Shown: in pieces, positions 40,101 through 53,080 of the stretch
How the letters are laid out: each line of letters starts with the position of its first letter
Numbering within the stretch: the stretch's first letter is position 1
Assembly (NCBI GenBank): GCA_977016875.1
Contig: CDRNST010000310.1
Span: forward strand, 1,116,001 to 1,180,000
Reading direction: 5' to 3'
Source of the DNA: Pavona decussata
Lineage: Eukaryota
DNA length: 64,000 nt
Notes under the pieces: model-generated
What the model was told of the DNA's origin: nothing
Seen by the model: only the letters and a program-made list of their open reading frames with translations
Database searches by the model: none
Position numbers and translations under genes: made by a program

Positions 40101-43100
40101 TTGGATCCATGTCTTAACCTCTATTTTCATTGCTCTAGTGTAGATTATAAGTATTTATAATAGTTTCAGGGCTTGTACGAGTCTGGTATTCTTGACAAAG
40201 TGTGGAAATCTTCAAACTAGTTTTCCAGACTGACCTGGAAATGGCAATAAAGTGTCAACTGGAAAAATGGGGGAAAAAAGTCTGAAGTTTTTTCAAAGTC
40301 AAGAAGAATCTTTATCAGCTAGTCCAATTTCATTTAAATTTCTTTGCAACCAAAAGTGTTGAACTCTCATGAGAACTCTCCCTTCCTATCTCTCTGAAGA
40401 TATTAAGGAGCTTTAGCAATAACCACAGTGATGGTAGCAAAAATGTCCCTATTAAAATGAATTCAAATGTAGGTGAAATTTCCTGGAGTTGAATTCTTGG
40501 AGACCGCACCTAAGTTTAGAGAGAGAAAGAGAAATTTTGTCATTGTGTGTTTACGTCCTCCGTAAAACATCCCATCAGGAAATTTCATGTCCTAGTCATG
40601 CAGTGCCGGCAAAAAATAAATGTTTGGGAAAAGTGTCGAACATGTCTTGAATTTTGCACACCATAAAGTGTACAATCCTTTAGTTTTTTGTGTTGATAAA
40701 CTTCAGGTGTGCGCTTCTAACTTTGGTGAGATGTGCAGTGTGCTTGGACCTGAAGTAACAAGCGACCGAATGGTGAGTAAAAATAAAATAGATAAAAAAT
40801 AAATAACTTTTATTTACCCTCAGCAGTGTTTATAGCACAAGTGCTAGTGTGGCCGAACATTAAACTTCACTAAGAAGTAATTTTAAATTGAACATGACAT
40901 GGTTAAAAATCTCAACTGGCAGGAGGCAGACCGGCTGGCTATTTACAAGCGTGGCCAAGGAGTTGAACTTGGGGCGACTGAGAAACAACTCCAGCTAGCG
41001 GTCAGAGCGGGACTTGAACCCGGAACCACCGGATTCAAGTCCGGCGCCCTAACCACTCGACCACGCTGCCTCCCTCCTCTGTAAGAATAACATTGATAAT
41101 GGCAGATTGTACATTGCAGGGAGCGGTCCACAGGGATTTTAAGGCCTTGCCTCACGAGCAAGTCCAGCTTGCCAATAAATAGATAGTTTTGAACAAAATA
41201 TTCCCAAGTTCAAGAATGAAAAATGCCTTTCTGAGTGACTTGAAAATCCAGGAAATGGCACTTTCAGGAGGTAACATTAAAAAATTCCCAGGGGAGCATG
41301 TCCTAAGATCCCGCTAGAACCTTGCATCTTTGGCGCTCGTATTATCAAAAAGTGGTCTTTTTTTACATGGATCTGCACCTGAAGTCTGGATTGACTTTGT
41401 ATATCTGATTGAGCTATTAATTTTGAATTGCTTGCGTCAGACTTGAGGTCACAAAATATCCTGTCTGAGAGGAAATTTTAATTTATCAGTTTCTAGATGG
41501 AGTAGAGCTCTTTGTGAAACATGATATCGTAATGTGTTGATTGAGTGCAGTCTGAACTACTTTGTTCCATATCACATAACATGATACTTACTTTTGTTTT
41601 TGTTAAAAGCTTCCAGTATTCTTCAAGCTGTGTCAAGATGGAGTTTGGGGTGTGAGAAAGGTGCGTGTTGACTTTAGGCAATGACTTGTTCAAAACAATA
41701 ATATTGTTTGTTTCTGTCGAGGGACTATTCATTTGACTTATAGTTGCCCCATAGAAATTTCATGTTCTTAAAGCAAATATTAGCTATGAGGGCTTGCATG
41801 CTAGTATTAAGAACATCAAATATTTCCAACGGTCAACTATCAGACCAGTAGTGCCAAGAAAGAAACACTCTGACTCTTGTTTTGATTGTCCCCCACTGAA
41901 TTTTCTCCCACACAAAAGTCATTGAGACTGACATGTCAAATTTGTATTTCACCAATTTGAACTTCTATGCCAAAAGGTTGAAATGATTGACCAGAAAACG
42001 ATGAATGAACAATGTACACAGGATAAAAGGTTGCAAACAAACCAAATCGGTCAAGTGCCAGTACATGTATCTCTTTTGTGTGGGTAACTTGTGTTTTGGC
42101 AAAACTAAAAAGATCACACACGTGAAAATGATAGAAAAATAAAACTATTAAAAATCTACAAAACTACAAATTTTGATTAAAAGCCATGCCGCCATGATAG
42201 AAAAACGCCTTTTTTGTTGACTCTAATTTAACTCTTGGTAGTCTAATGTGGTTGCTTTGTCTAGTAGTCCTTTCGATGCAATCTTTATTAAGGTTCTGTA
42301 TTGAGTTGTAAGCTCTGTAATATCTGGATCACTCAGATGTTTTTTTAAAGGATTAATCAAACTGTTGTTATTGTTCCTGTATAAAGGCCTGTGCTGAGTG
42401 TTACATGAGTGTATCAACTGCAAGTCCAGCTGTGACGAGAAAAAATGAGCTGACGCAATTCTTCATTAGTTTGCTGTGTGACAAGTCAAGATGGGTAAGA
42501 TTTGAAGACTTGATAAAAATATGATTATAATTAAACAGGGGCAATGTATGTCTATCCTCCTGTGCAAACGTTTCTTTAGGCCTGTTGCTCATGAATAATA
42601 ACATTACGTGCTTTACAGAGTAGTTGTTTCCATTTCATGTGACTGAGTGATCTCAGGCTGTTTGCAAGAATTTGTAAAGCAACACTTGCCCTTTCAATTT
42701 CATACGCAGCAACATGATGCAACTTGGTTTGTCTCAAATGCACTTTCTATCGGTCTCCGAATTATCAGAAACAGGCCTTTTTGCCGAGAGATGTCTGCAA
42801 GTAAAGTGTAGGGGGTATCTAATCCATACCTGCATACATTTTGAAATTCGTACATGTATGCATGTATACATGACCTATGCTTCTTGCTTGTGCCACATTA
42901 ACTAACAGGGCAGCAGTGATTGACACTCGGTTGTCAGTGATCAGCAGATCAGAATGGAAGTTGCCATTCTGTTGAGCAGACATGTGGGTAGTGGGGACTT
43001 AATTGTGCAGTATTTTATGCTTAGGTTGATCTTGAAGATGTATGGCCACAAGTGATGTAACACCTCCAAATAATTATTGATACAACAATGTTTGTTACAG

Positions 43101-46100
43101 GTTCAAATGGCTGCTTATCAAAGCCTTGGACCTTTCATTTCCACATTTGCCGACCCTGCAGAAAGTGGTTTTTACGTCAATGAAGAAGGCGTTTTGTGTG
43201 CTCTGCCCCAGAGAGAACTAGAAACTCCATCTTTGCCAACACAGACTGAAGGAGAAGCAACAGCAAGTCAAAACACAACTGAAGAACCCACACCTGAAGA
43301 GTAAGTGTTCAGCATCCTTCAGAACTTTAGCGTTTTCAGGGAATATTCTTGTAATTGGCCTCTGAGGGCCCAGGAAGTCCCCTTACAGGGCTGCCAGTCT
43401 TTTTTCAAGGTCAGCCCTGGATTTTGTGTCAAGTCAGGGAAGCTTTTAATTCTATGTTTAAGTCAGTGAAAAGTCGAGGAATTTTGTTTTTAGTCTAGTC
43501 TTAGGTTTCTAGATACATGCATTATAATAATTTGTGCAAGACACATGGCAAAATATTAATTATTTACCCCTCTTTCAGTGCAACCTCATTACAAGGAACT
43601 AACGAAGGAAACAGACAACAAACTGAAAGGCAGTCATCGCCTGAAGCCCGCACCACTGACTCTGGTTATATCTCACCGCCGGAAATCATGTCGAATGAAT
43701 CGGACATACACAAACATTCAGAGAATAGCAAAGACACGCATGCCTTTGATCAATCTTGTTCAAAAGATTCAGGAAATTGCAAACCACATATGACTACCGA
43801 CCTTGACGAAGTAGACGATAAGTACTTTGATTCGTTTCTCTATTGGAGGACCCCTTTACCTCAGGTTGAGTTAGAACCAGAGGATTTTGTTGATGTTGAA
43901 AATGTTGACACTGAAGTTGAGAAACTGGAATTAAGTGCTGAAGCGAGTTCAATAGACCGGGCTGAAATGATCGGATCTTCAGCCATTCATCATTATCATC
44001 ATAAACGACCACACCATCCTAAGTTATCTTTTATGCATGGGGATGACGACAGCGACGAGGAAGATAGTATTCCACTCTATTCCCTGACTGATGATTTTCA
44101 TGCGCATCACGTGGACCACGGCATTGGCCGTTTTGATTATGATGACTACCGAAAACTTAATTTGGTGCACACGCCTTCATTTGAGGAGGAACTTCTCATT
44201 GCTGATCACATCACAGCTCCTCCTGTACAGGTACAGTTCAGAAAATCCTAACTTTTGTAGTTTCAGGCTTGATACATGATCTGCATGTTAATTCTACACT
44301 GGATGGGCAGCATGGACAAGGTCTCAACAAAAACAGACAAGGGTAACCATATGTATACAGCTATAAAAATAACCGCAACAGACAGGGTGAGAAACTGCCG
44401 AGCGAGACTTTTGTGCAAGGCTTTTTTAAAGACTTGTGGTTGGAAGATCGATGCAAAGCATTTTTTAGTTTCTCACTGATTGAGGCAAGTTTATCATTCT
44501 CATACATGTAGCTCAACCAGGACCTTTTCTGTTGGTCAAAACATTGCACAATCCTCCACAATTTCCCGCACCATCAACGTTTTCTACTACACAATTTGTC
44601 CCCCATATCCCACACAATTTTCAATTTTTTTTCCCGCACCCTGCCAGAAGTCGTGTCTAGAATGAGTAATGGATTGTTGGATAGCTTTTTTTAGGTGAAC
44701 CGCAGCTACACTGTACTAGTCCAGCAGTAAAAAAAATGCAGGCGTTCATCAGTGCAATGTCCATCTACACCCTGTACAATCCCTCTCTCCTGCCGGTCTC
44801 ACTTTAGTTTCTGGAGTGGGCCCAAAAGATGTTAATGAGTGTCCAGCTACTGCAAATATGGTAGAACCTGAACGGTTTCAAAAGAACAACTGAATTACTG
44901 TACAGCGTTAATGGAGCAGTTTGCATTTGAGTGTTGTAAAACCAAAACCAAAGTTATTACTCTGGCCAATCAAGAGAGATGTTACAGTGCGACGCGCCTT
45001 CCCGGGCCACGCAACAAACTTTTTTTACAAGTTAGCCAATCAGAGTATCTTCCTCCTTGTTCATAAAATAAATCAAATTTAGCGTATCCTGATTGGCTAA
45101 CTTGTAAAAAAAAGTTTGTTGGGTTGTTACAGTAAGGTGCATTGCACTGTAACAGCACAATAGACTAATGGAAAGTCACTGCAAATAAATTATTGTAACC
45201 AACACCAAACACTGGAAAATATACACAAGCAAATCATTATTGGTTTTGGTGTGTTTCTCATTGGTTGAGAACATTGCTCAAGTTTTGCCAACCAATCACA
45301 GAGTGCAGTAAAGAGAAACCAATGCAATTTTACCAAATAACTCTCAACACTCAATTGAAAACTGAATGAATACTGCAGTGTTAAACAGGAGTGTGTGTAT
45401 TCACCGTGACCATCATAAAAAATAATGTTATTAGTGGCAAAAAAATATAATTATAATTATTATATGGTAACCAGCACTTGCACTTCAAATTAAGAGCTTT
45501 TCATAATCTTAGGTAACTGTTAATTGTACCTTTTTTCAGCATGTTATTCCTCAAACCCTTCTGGATCACTATGTCTCAATGACGGAACCTGCAAAAGCGC
45601 AGACGATTGATACTGAAATTGTGCGACATTGTGCCTTTAGTCTGCCTGCTGTATCACTTACGCTAGGCCGCAAAAACTGGCCTTGTTTGAGAGACACCTA
45701 TGAACTCCTGACTTCTGATATGCAGGTAGGATAATCAAGAGAAATTTTCATCTCTTTAAATAAGTTTTGGTTACATTGGTGTTGGTGATCTTTAGCAGTG
45801 ATAATTGTCACAACCATCAGCTACATGTAGCATTGGACACATGGAAGGTAAACACGGCCATTGCATGATGTGGCAGTTATGATGTCTACACACTTTGAGT
45901 GGTCACGATCGAGTGGTTATCACTGTTTCAAAGTTTGAAGGTGTATTACAGTGGAACCCCACCTTACAGCTACCTCGGTAATACGATCACCTTGTTATTG
46001 CGGCCAAAAGGGCCATACAATTGCTTATAAAAAAAACCCCTTGTTTACATGGTCACCCGTTAACACGGCCAACAGCCACATTTTGAAATCCCAAACAGTA

Positions 46101-49100
46101 CAATCCTTTATAATTTCACCCCGTTAATATGGCCACTCACACTAAATTTAGAAAACCAAAACGCCTGTGACATGTCAATTTCATTGACCTCTGTCATTTA
46201 CTCTAATCAAACAACTGATTTACTTTACAAAGTAAGCAACACTCCTCCCTGTTTTCATTACAAACATGACAAAGGGAATACAGTAAATCTTGATGCTAAC
46301 ATCCGCAAATTACGTAGCCATTAAGTCAATGTGCTTCGCAGCAAAGGTGATTGATACTACTAAGTTCAAATATGTTGTACAATTCCGTACATCTCCATTC
46401 CCATTGTTTATTAAGAGAACCGTTTGTTCAGAAAGTGCGAATGTGATATACTTTATCATTACTGCCCTTAAGTCATGAAATATTATTTGACCCTGCCCCA
46501 GTGAAACTAGCAATTTTTTTGGACCCATTGGTGACCGTGTAAACGGGGTTCTACAGTATGTGTGTTTTTGTGGCTGAATTGAGTTCTTTGGGTTTATTAA
46601 GTTAATTGCAATCATGTTTAATTAACAGTGGTTGAGCTGAGGTTAGCTTTTCAGCATTCAGACAAATATAACTCAATGCAAGGCTTGTCTGTGAGCCTAA
46701 GATTATTTCTGGTTAACCTTTGAAAGTTTACCAAATATTTGTTCAAACTTTGTGGTCTTTTTGTAGGTACTGTAGAGCATTGCATTTTCTATGTTTTTGA
46801 GCCATTGTTTTCAAATATATGTTTCATATTCATGTTCATTTATTCATCCTTTAGGGGTATATCACAAACTCACAATAATTATGACCAGCTCCTAGTTGGC
46901 TTGTTAGCTCAGTTGGTAGAGCACTGCACCAGCATCGCAGAGGTCATGGGTTCAAATTCCATTTTTTAAGGCTTTCTTTTTGCAACTTCTTAAGTTGCGT
47001 AAGTAACTGCGAGGGTCATTTTTCTATTTAATTTATTTTCAATTGGTCTTTGTTGGAGTGTTTTCTGTATTTCTTAACAAAGTTAAAGATTGAAGTTTTG
47101 TTTCTTCCATTTGATTCCTTTGAAAAATACCCATTTACTCACTCGTGTGTCATATATTTTGTTGTTTTGCAGTGGAAAGTCCGTAGAACATTAGCATTTT
47201 CCATCCATGAGTTGGCATTAGTTCTTGGCAGTGAGATTACCAGAATTGAGTTGGTACCTACATTTAATAGTTTCCTCAAAGATTTGGATGAGGTGAGAAC
47301 AAAATAAGAATCACTCTGTTATAAAACTCTTAACAAATAATTGTATCTGACTTAAAGAGGTATAAAAGTACTACATTTTTGGCAGCCCTTCAGCTGCCAC
47401 CATCAGTGTTAAATGACAACTATGAAGAATAAGAAGATTTTCTTATGTAACACAAGCAGCAGTGTTTTATCAGGATTTAAAACGACGAGGCACAGCTGAG
47501 TGGTTTTAGACCCGATAACACACATGCTGCGAGTTTTTTGAACAGCTTCAAAAGAAGGAAGTTTTATCGGATTTTAAAACCACTCCACCATTAATGCCCA
47601 TTTGATAGGGCAATGGGCTTATGAAATTTTAATGAGTTTTTGAAGAGTAGGCATTCATTCACAGCATTGGTGGCATGAGTGGATTCATAGTCGTAATTTT
47701 ACTCTGACAAAGGCAGAAGATGGGCTGCCGAAAAATTTAGCATTTTTTGTACCCTTTAAGTTCAGATACTATTATTTTTACAGAGCTTTATCATGAACAC
47801 TGACCACCCAAACAGTATAATCACTCTCTTGTCACAATGTAAATCCATAGTTATGCTACATTACAGTGCATACTCATGATCACAGTAACATGAAATAGGG
47901 CATTTAATGAGAGGTGTTAAGCCATGGCTTTGCTAAACCATGTTTATTTTTTAAGTTCTCTGTATGATATGCATGTGTATATTCGTACATAGTATTTACA
48001 GTGAAACGAACTCAACTGGGGCCACCAAAAAAACCAACACTTTGAAATTTAACGAAAAGTTCTTGTTTTTGATTAGTTTACAAGCTACCAAAGCCAGACT
48101 CCTTTGTTGTTAACGTGACCTGTGATTGGCTGATCAATGTTGGGTGGCCCCGGTTGAGTTTGTTGCACTGTAACTAAAAGATGATTTCTCTATAATGATT
48201 GTAGGTGAGGATAGGTGTTTTGAAGCATTTAGCAGATTTCATCAAGGTAAGCTCACTGGAATGTCATCTAATAATAAATTATTACCCCAAGGTCACATAC
48301 AAACTTTTTAAAGCATTGCATTCACCCCAGCCTACCAAACAATATTTTACAACTTGATGTCAACAAGTGGTTAACAATCACCCAAATATCAACCATGGGT
48401 GAACTCCAAAGTTCTTACTTCAATGCTACAATCGAAGAGACAATGATTTGATGATCTAATGCACAGAAGTTGGTACATCAGTTCACTCGAAGACCAGTGC
48501 CTGCTAGGTGTGACAGTTTACTAGAATAGAATAGAATAGAATAAAATAGAATAGAATAGAATACCTGTAGCATAGATACTTTATTCAGACATTGCAGCCA
48601 TAGGCTGAATTACATCTTGACTGAGAATCATAAAAGTGAATATAATAGAATTAAAAATATATCTCACTTGGTTAACATCTCAAGTTTCAAGTTTAAAGTT
48701 TCTTTATTTCCACATACTAATTTACAACATTAATGCAAGCAAATGTGGAGGTGTGTAAACAAAAACCCATGGGGTTAAAAAGAGTTTACACACCTGATCT
48801 CTTACTTAACAAAAGATATCATGCATTTAAATTAATCTTAGCTGGCAAACATACATTCATTATTGAACAAAGTACAATAATTTTTGTAGTGATGAATTGG
48901 GCAGCAAAGGGTGGTAATGACATTGTTGGTGAAACATCCATTGCTGTGTTAAATGACATCAAACTGATTTGATTGATGTTTATTTTCACAGCTTCTTCCA
49001 TCAGACATCAGAACCGATTACCTTCCCATGTTAACAGACTTTCTTACTACTGACAATAACAGGAACTGGAGATTCCGATTTGAGCTAGCAGAGTAAGTGA

Positions 49101-51729
49101 TTACAGTTGCAGTCTGAAGGCGGATTTACTTATTTGCTTACGACTGTCGCATGCGATTCTAGAGCGTGTGCTGCTCGCATTAAGCAAAAAATCGCACACA
49201 ACTCTCGTCACTCAACATTGCCTATACCTACGATTGTCATACAACATTTCTTGTGACGTACATGACAGTCGTAAGCGAGTTGTAGATTTGATTTACACAA
49301 AACAATTTGTGTCATAGGCTTGTCGTAAGCTTGTCGCATGCGACAAAGTCGTACCGTGTAAATCACCCTTTAGCTAGGCCAATACTGCCGTTCCTACTAT
49401 CAATTATGTTTGATCACTAATAGTACTTGTAAAATAACAAAGTATCTACCATTGGTCAGGATTTGTTAGCCAAGAATAATAATTATAAATTATTATTTCA
49501 ACCATTAGCCCTTAGTTGGACAGCTGCTTTTTTCCTTCTGAGATGAAAGTTTATTCTCCCTTTAACCCTAGTGTTCATCATATTCTTTGTGTAATTAAAG
49601 CAATTAAAGGACAGTCCAATTCAAGTACAGATGGACAGTAATGCATTGTAAGATTCATCCTATTCGAGTTAAATCTTGCAGTTCTTATTGTTAGTAATGA
49701 AACTCACTTCTTTGTAGATGAAACTAATGAAGCTTTGAGGTTTTGAGATCTTTCCTTTTTTGTTTTGGCAAACATTTGTTATAACACCTTATGTCAAGAG
49801 CTCCAAAAATCCTGAAATGCAAAAGAAACTTCTATTCTTTATAATGGTCACTGTTTTTGTTTTCAGGCAGTTGATGTTGCTTTGCGAGCTCTACGCACCA
49901 AAACAAGTGCTGCAGTACATCTGCCCCATTGCCATTTCTCTTGCAACAGACAGAGTAGCTGATGTTAGGACTATAGCATTTAAATTGGTTAGTATAGAGT
50001 CCTAATGTGTGATGTCACAAATATTTGAATTTTTGAAGTTATGGGATTTGTTAGTATATTCGGAAAGAGCATGATGAGAAATGCTTACTTGCCAAAAATC
50101 AGCACCTTATTGCAATTTGGGAGTGAGATATTAGCTCTGTTACGCCCCGATGACTCCATACCAATCCTTCTAATTTTGTCTCAGTTCTTAACGTTTGGAA
50201 CTGAAACAAAATTAGAAGGATTTGTATGGAGTCACCAAGGCATAACAGAGCTAATATCTCGCCCCCAAATGGCAATAAGATGTTGATTTTTGGCAAGTAG
50301 GCATTCTTCATCATGCTCTTTCCGAATATACTAACAAATCCCATAATTTCATAAATTTAGTTTTTGTGACATCATCACTTAAGGACTCTATTACCACTGT
50401 GAGCTGATGCTTGTAGTGCTAAGAATAATAATTTGAACCACTTTGCAGTGGACACCTTGTTAAATAATATACTGAATAACTTGAAAAATGGTGCACTGGA
50501 TGAATAAACAATGAACAGTTGATCTCTTAAATCTTCAACTGGGCCTGTCCTAATCCTGTAAACTTAAAGGATCTTCCCACTTGGATATTAAACAAAAATC
50601 ACATTATTTAAGTGTCACTGTTTTTAGCGCAGAGCACTAATTGGGAACAGTCTAGATCAAATTGGAATTTGGCAATGTTGTTTTTTTACAAGAGAGAAAC
50701 AACAGAGTACTTGGAGAAAAACCTCTTGGAGCAGGGACGACAACCAACAACAAACTCAACCCACATATAACGCCGAGTCTGGGAATCAAACCTAAGCCAC
50801 ATTGGTGGGAGGCAAGTGCTCTCACCACTGTGCCATTGCTGCTCCCCAAGTATAATACTGTATAATAGTTTCTTTTGTTTTCTCTTTAGATTGGCGTTTT
50901 ACTCCAGAGGCTCCACACATGCCCTGATGATGGGCCGGTACATAAATATGTTTGTGATATCATCAATAAATTTGCTCACAGCCCCCAGTGGACTAGGCGG
51001 CAAGCGTGAGTATCTTAAAAGTTTCTGCGTGTACGTTTGGTGAAATGTACAAGCAAATCAACCAGTCTTGGTTGGAATCATATCTCTGACAGTTAACGGA
51101 TCAATTGCAGGAGTTAAGTACTGCTAAAGGAGTTTTCTCATTTGGTACATCCTCATGTTTGCACAATGATTTGACAAGTTCAATGTGATGCAGGCAATTT
51201 TCAATCATTCCTCTTCTGACTGCTACATCTAGAATTTGCTGAAGTCCTATTGTTTCTTCTTGCAACTGAAACAATTAGCAGCTTGTCGCTTTGACAAAAA
51301 TTAAATCCAAGTCTGTTACTTAAGAAAAATTTCAACGAACCTACAAGCCAAAAGCTGAGAAGTTAAGCACCCAGAGCATTTTCTTGTGCACCCCAGGCTA
51401 CTGGTTAACAACAGGTTACTTGGGGAGTGGAGACAAACAATCTGTGGAACACTATTATTATGTTTCAGCTATGCACAGCTCTGCCAAAATCTATTGGAAG
51501 AGAATGTGGAAACTGGAGAGCAGTTCTGCCAGGAGTTTTTACCAAGCCTATTATTTCTCCTCGCTGATCCTGTTCCAAATGTGCGGCTCAGTTTGGCTAG
51601 GACTTTGTCTCAGAGCATTTTGATGTCAGGTAGGATTGGCGAGGATGGTAATTAAGGACGGTACCTACTAATAAAGAAGTATTTTTGTGTGGTTTACGAC
51701 TATACGGGGAAAGCAGATCTTAGCAAGGG

Positions 51730-51760
<31 letters not shown>

Positions 51761-52983
51761 ACCATGTATTTTTCAGAGATAATTAAACAACAATTATCAA
51801 TTATTCTAAAAAGCAGTAAAATACAAAGCAATGTATGGCATTTTTCTCCAAATTGAAGCTTTTTTATCTCTAAAAAATGCATGGTTACCCCCAGTTTTCT
51901 TTTTGAATACCAAGAGCACTTACTAAGTTCTGCTTTCTCCGCTTAGTTTTAAACCGCACAATAATATCCCCATATTAGTAGGCACCACCTATAGGAAACC
52001 TGAGTATCTCGAGATGCGCAGAATGTATGCGCAGTAACAAAAGTAGGCACTGTCCTCAAGTATGATTTATGAGGAGGATGATAATTTGTCATTCAAATGT
52101 TTAAAAATTTTGGAACTAAAAGTATTATAACAAATAGACGAAGAACAGTAGGAATTCACATCTACAAAATCAAGGCAAGTAGACATGCTTTATTACAATC
52201 AAAAAAATATGGAAAAGCTAGTGACCGACATTATTTGCATGAAGCAAAAGAATTTAACAGCAAATTTTGAATAAAAGTTATTCAAAAATTATTTTATGGC
52301 CCTTTTGCAATCCTTTTATTGTATTCATATCTAGCTGATGATTGACAGGTTTTTGGACTTGCCATATAAATTTTGTTGTTGAACTTTACTAACATCTTTC
52401 TTGATCTTGTGTAGATTACTTTAAAGAAACAGATAGTGAAGGAAGAGATGCAGTTCATTCAGCTATACAGAGGCTTCAGCGCGACCCTGACAGGGATGTT
52501 AGGTATTTTGCTGGTGTAGACGAAGATGCTTTGGATTTGATATTTGAAGATGCTGTGTCATCTCATCATACCGAACCTGATTATAGCTTAGAGAGAACAC
52601 TCAGTACCCCTGAGGAGGAGATTGAATATGAACATGAACATGAAATACCAGCTGAGGCTCACAGTGGGACAGTAGAAGGCATGGAGGAAAGTGTTTATGA
52701 CAATGTAGAGATAAGAACTGATCAAACTCCTGGTAATGTAGAACAACTCCAAGATGCAGGTATTCGTGAATCCTTGGATGAGAGTTACGTGGAAAGCAGT
52801 GCTGATACAAATTCGACGCATGAATTCGAAGAAAATGAAAGGAGGTTAGATATTGAATCTGATGACGCCACAGCAATAACCAGTGATTTACATGAAGAAG
52901 AAGCGACAGCCGGTGAATGGGAGGAGACAGAAGGATGTAGGGTGGAAAGTGGACAGACGTCAGAAGAGGTATTGAATATTTGA
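34151..52983 (+). CDS. PPP4R1: Serine/threonine-protein phosphatase 4 regulatory subunit 1 (HEAT repeats), 21 coding exons, about 1056 aa
   Basis: Exons: 34151-34157, 34223-34279, 34395-34512, 34637-34740, 36301-36440, 38098-38158, 38769-38854, 39939-40043, 40707-40772, 41610-41660, 42387-42494, 43101-43300, 43579-44230, 45540-45725, 47173-47292, 48205-48246, 48992-49092, 49867-49987, 50890-51005, 51469-51629, 52415-52983 (3171 nt, phases consistent). Motifs: EPSVRVELMEQVPHVA, NQVRKTSQAALL, FHVRKVCASNFG, VWGVRKACAEC, AAYQSLGPFISTFA, SFLYWRTPLP, HCAFSLPAV, WKVRRTLAFSIHELA, DPVPNVR, DRDVRYFA. Confidence 0.95.
40895..41074 (-). mobile_element. tRNA-derived SINE
   Basis: 5' head with A box TGGTCGAGTGG, anticodon-like arm CCGGA-CTTGAA-TCCGG and B box GGTTCAAGTCC, followed by a non-tRNA body. 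Confidence 0.7.
44911..45363. mobile_element. Degenerate MITE (28816 family) interrupted by a TA-flanked CAGTG MITE (44985-45149)
   Basis: Inner TA|CAGTGCGACGCGCCTT ... AAGGTGCATTGCACTG|TA; a partial copy of the inner element also lies at ~33200-33255. Confidence 0.65.
45949..46556. mobile_element. Tc1/mariner (pogo-like) non-autonomous element
   Basis: TA|CAGTGGAACCCC ... GGGGTTCTACAG|TA (imperfect TIR). Confidence 0.6.
47999..48170. mobile_element. TA-flanked MITE
   Basis: TA|CAGTGAAACGAACTCAACTGGGGCCACC ... GGTGGCCCCGGTTGAGTTTGTTGCACTG|TA. Confidence 0.7.
48522..48563. repeat. (TAGAA)n pentanucleotide microsatellite
   Basis: About 8 tandem units. Confidence 0.9.
49118..49369. mobile_element. 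Harbinger-like MITE with TGTCGCATGCGAC palindromes
   Basis: AGGCGGATTTAC ... GTAAATCACCCT imperfect TIR. Confidence 0.55.
49994..50391. mobile_element. Foldback element, ~195-bp arms with almost no loop
   Basis: ATAGAGTCCT...GGGATTTGTTAGTATATTCGGAAAGAGCATGATG... is mirrored by ...CATCATGCTCTTTCCGAATATACTAACAAATCCC...AGGACTCTAT; this explains the two near-identical opposite-strand ORFs. Confidence 0.9.
50630..50850 (-). mobile_element. Degenerate tRNA-derived SINE
   Basis: Head TGGCACAGTGGTGAGAGCAC...GGTTTGATTCCC (A/B boxes) followed by a repeat body. Confidence 0.55.
51656..52055. mobile_element. TTAA-flanked (Kolobok-like) MITE
   Basis: TTAA|GGACGGTACCTACT ... AGTAGGCACTGTCC|TCAA. Confidence 0.6.
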
Positions 52984-53080
52984 ATAGCTTCAATATGTGT
53001 ACTGCTGTGTGACAAACAGACCACAAACTAGGCTCTTATTATAAATAACTTGTTGGAAGGTCTTGCTGGTTTGGGCTGTA

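Noticed and set aside
43517-44251. Stand-alone 244-aa gene (also ORF 52531-52983)
   Set aside because: These are internal and terminal exons of PPP4R1, with in-phase splice sites
46895-46965. tRNA gene
   Set aside because: A and B boxes are present but the acceptor stem does not close, and it is embedded in a repeat body also seen near 13430-13760. It is a SINE-like head; the same applies to 40895-41074 and ~61765-61870.
50041-50344. Two near-identical 81-aa ORFs on opposite strands
   Set aside because: By-product of the palindromic foldback element; no recognisable protein features
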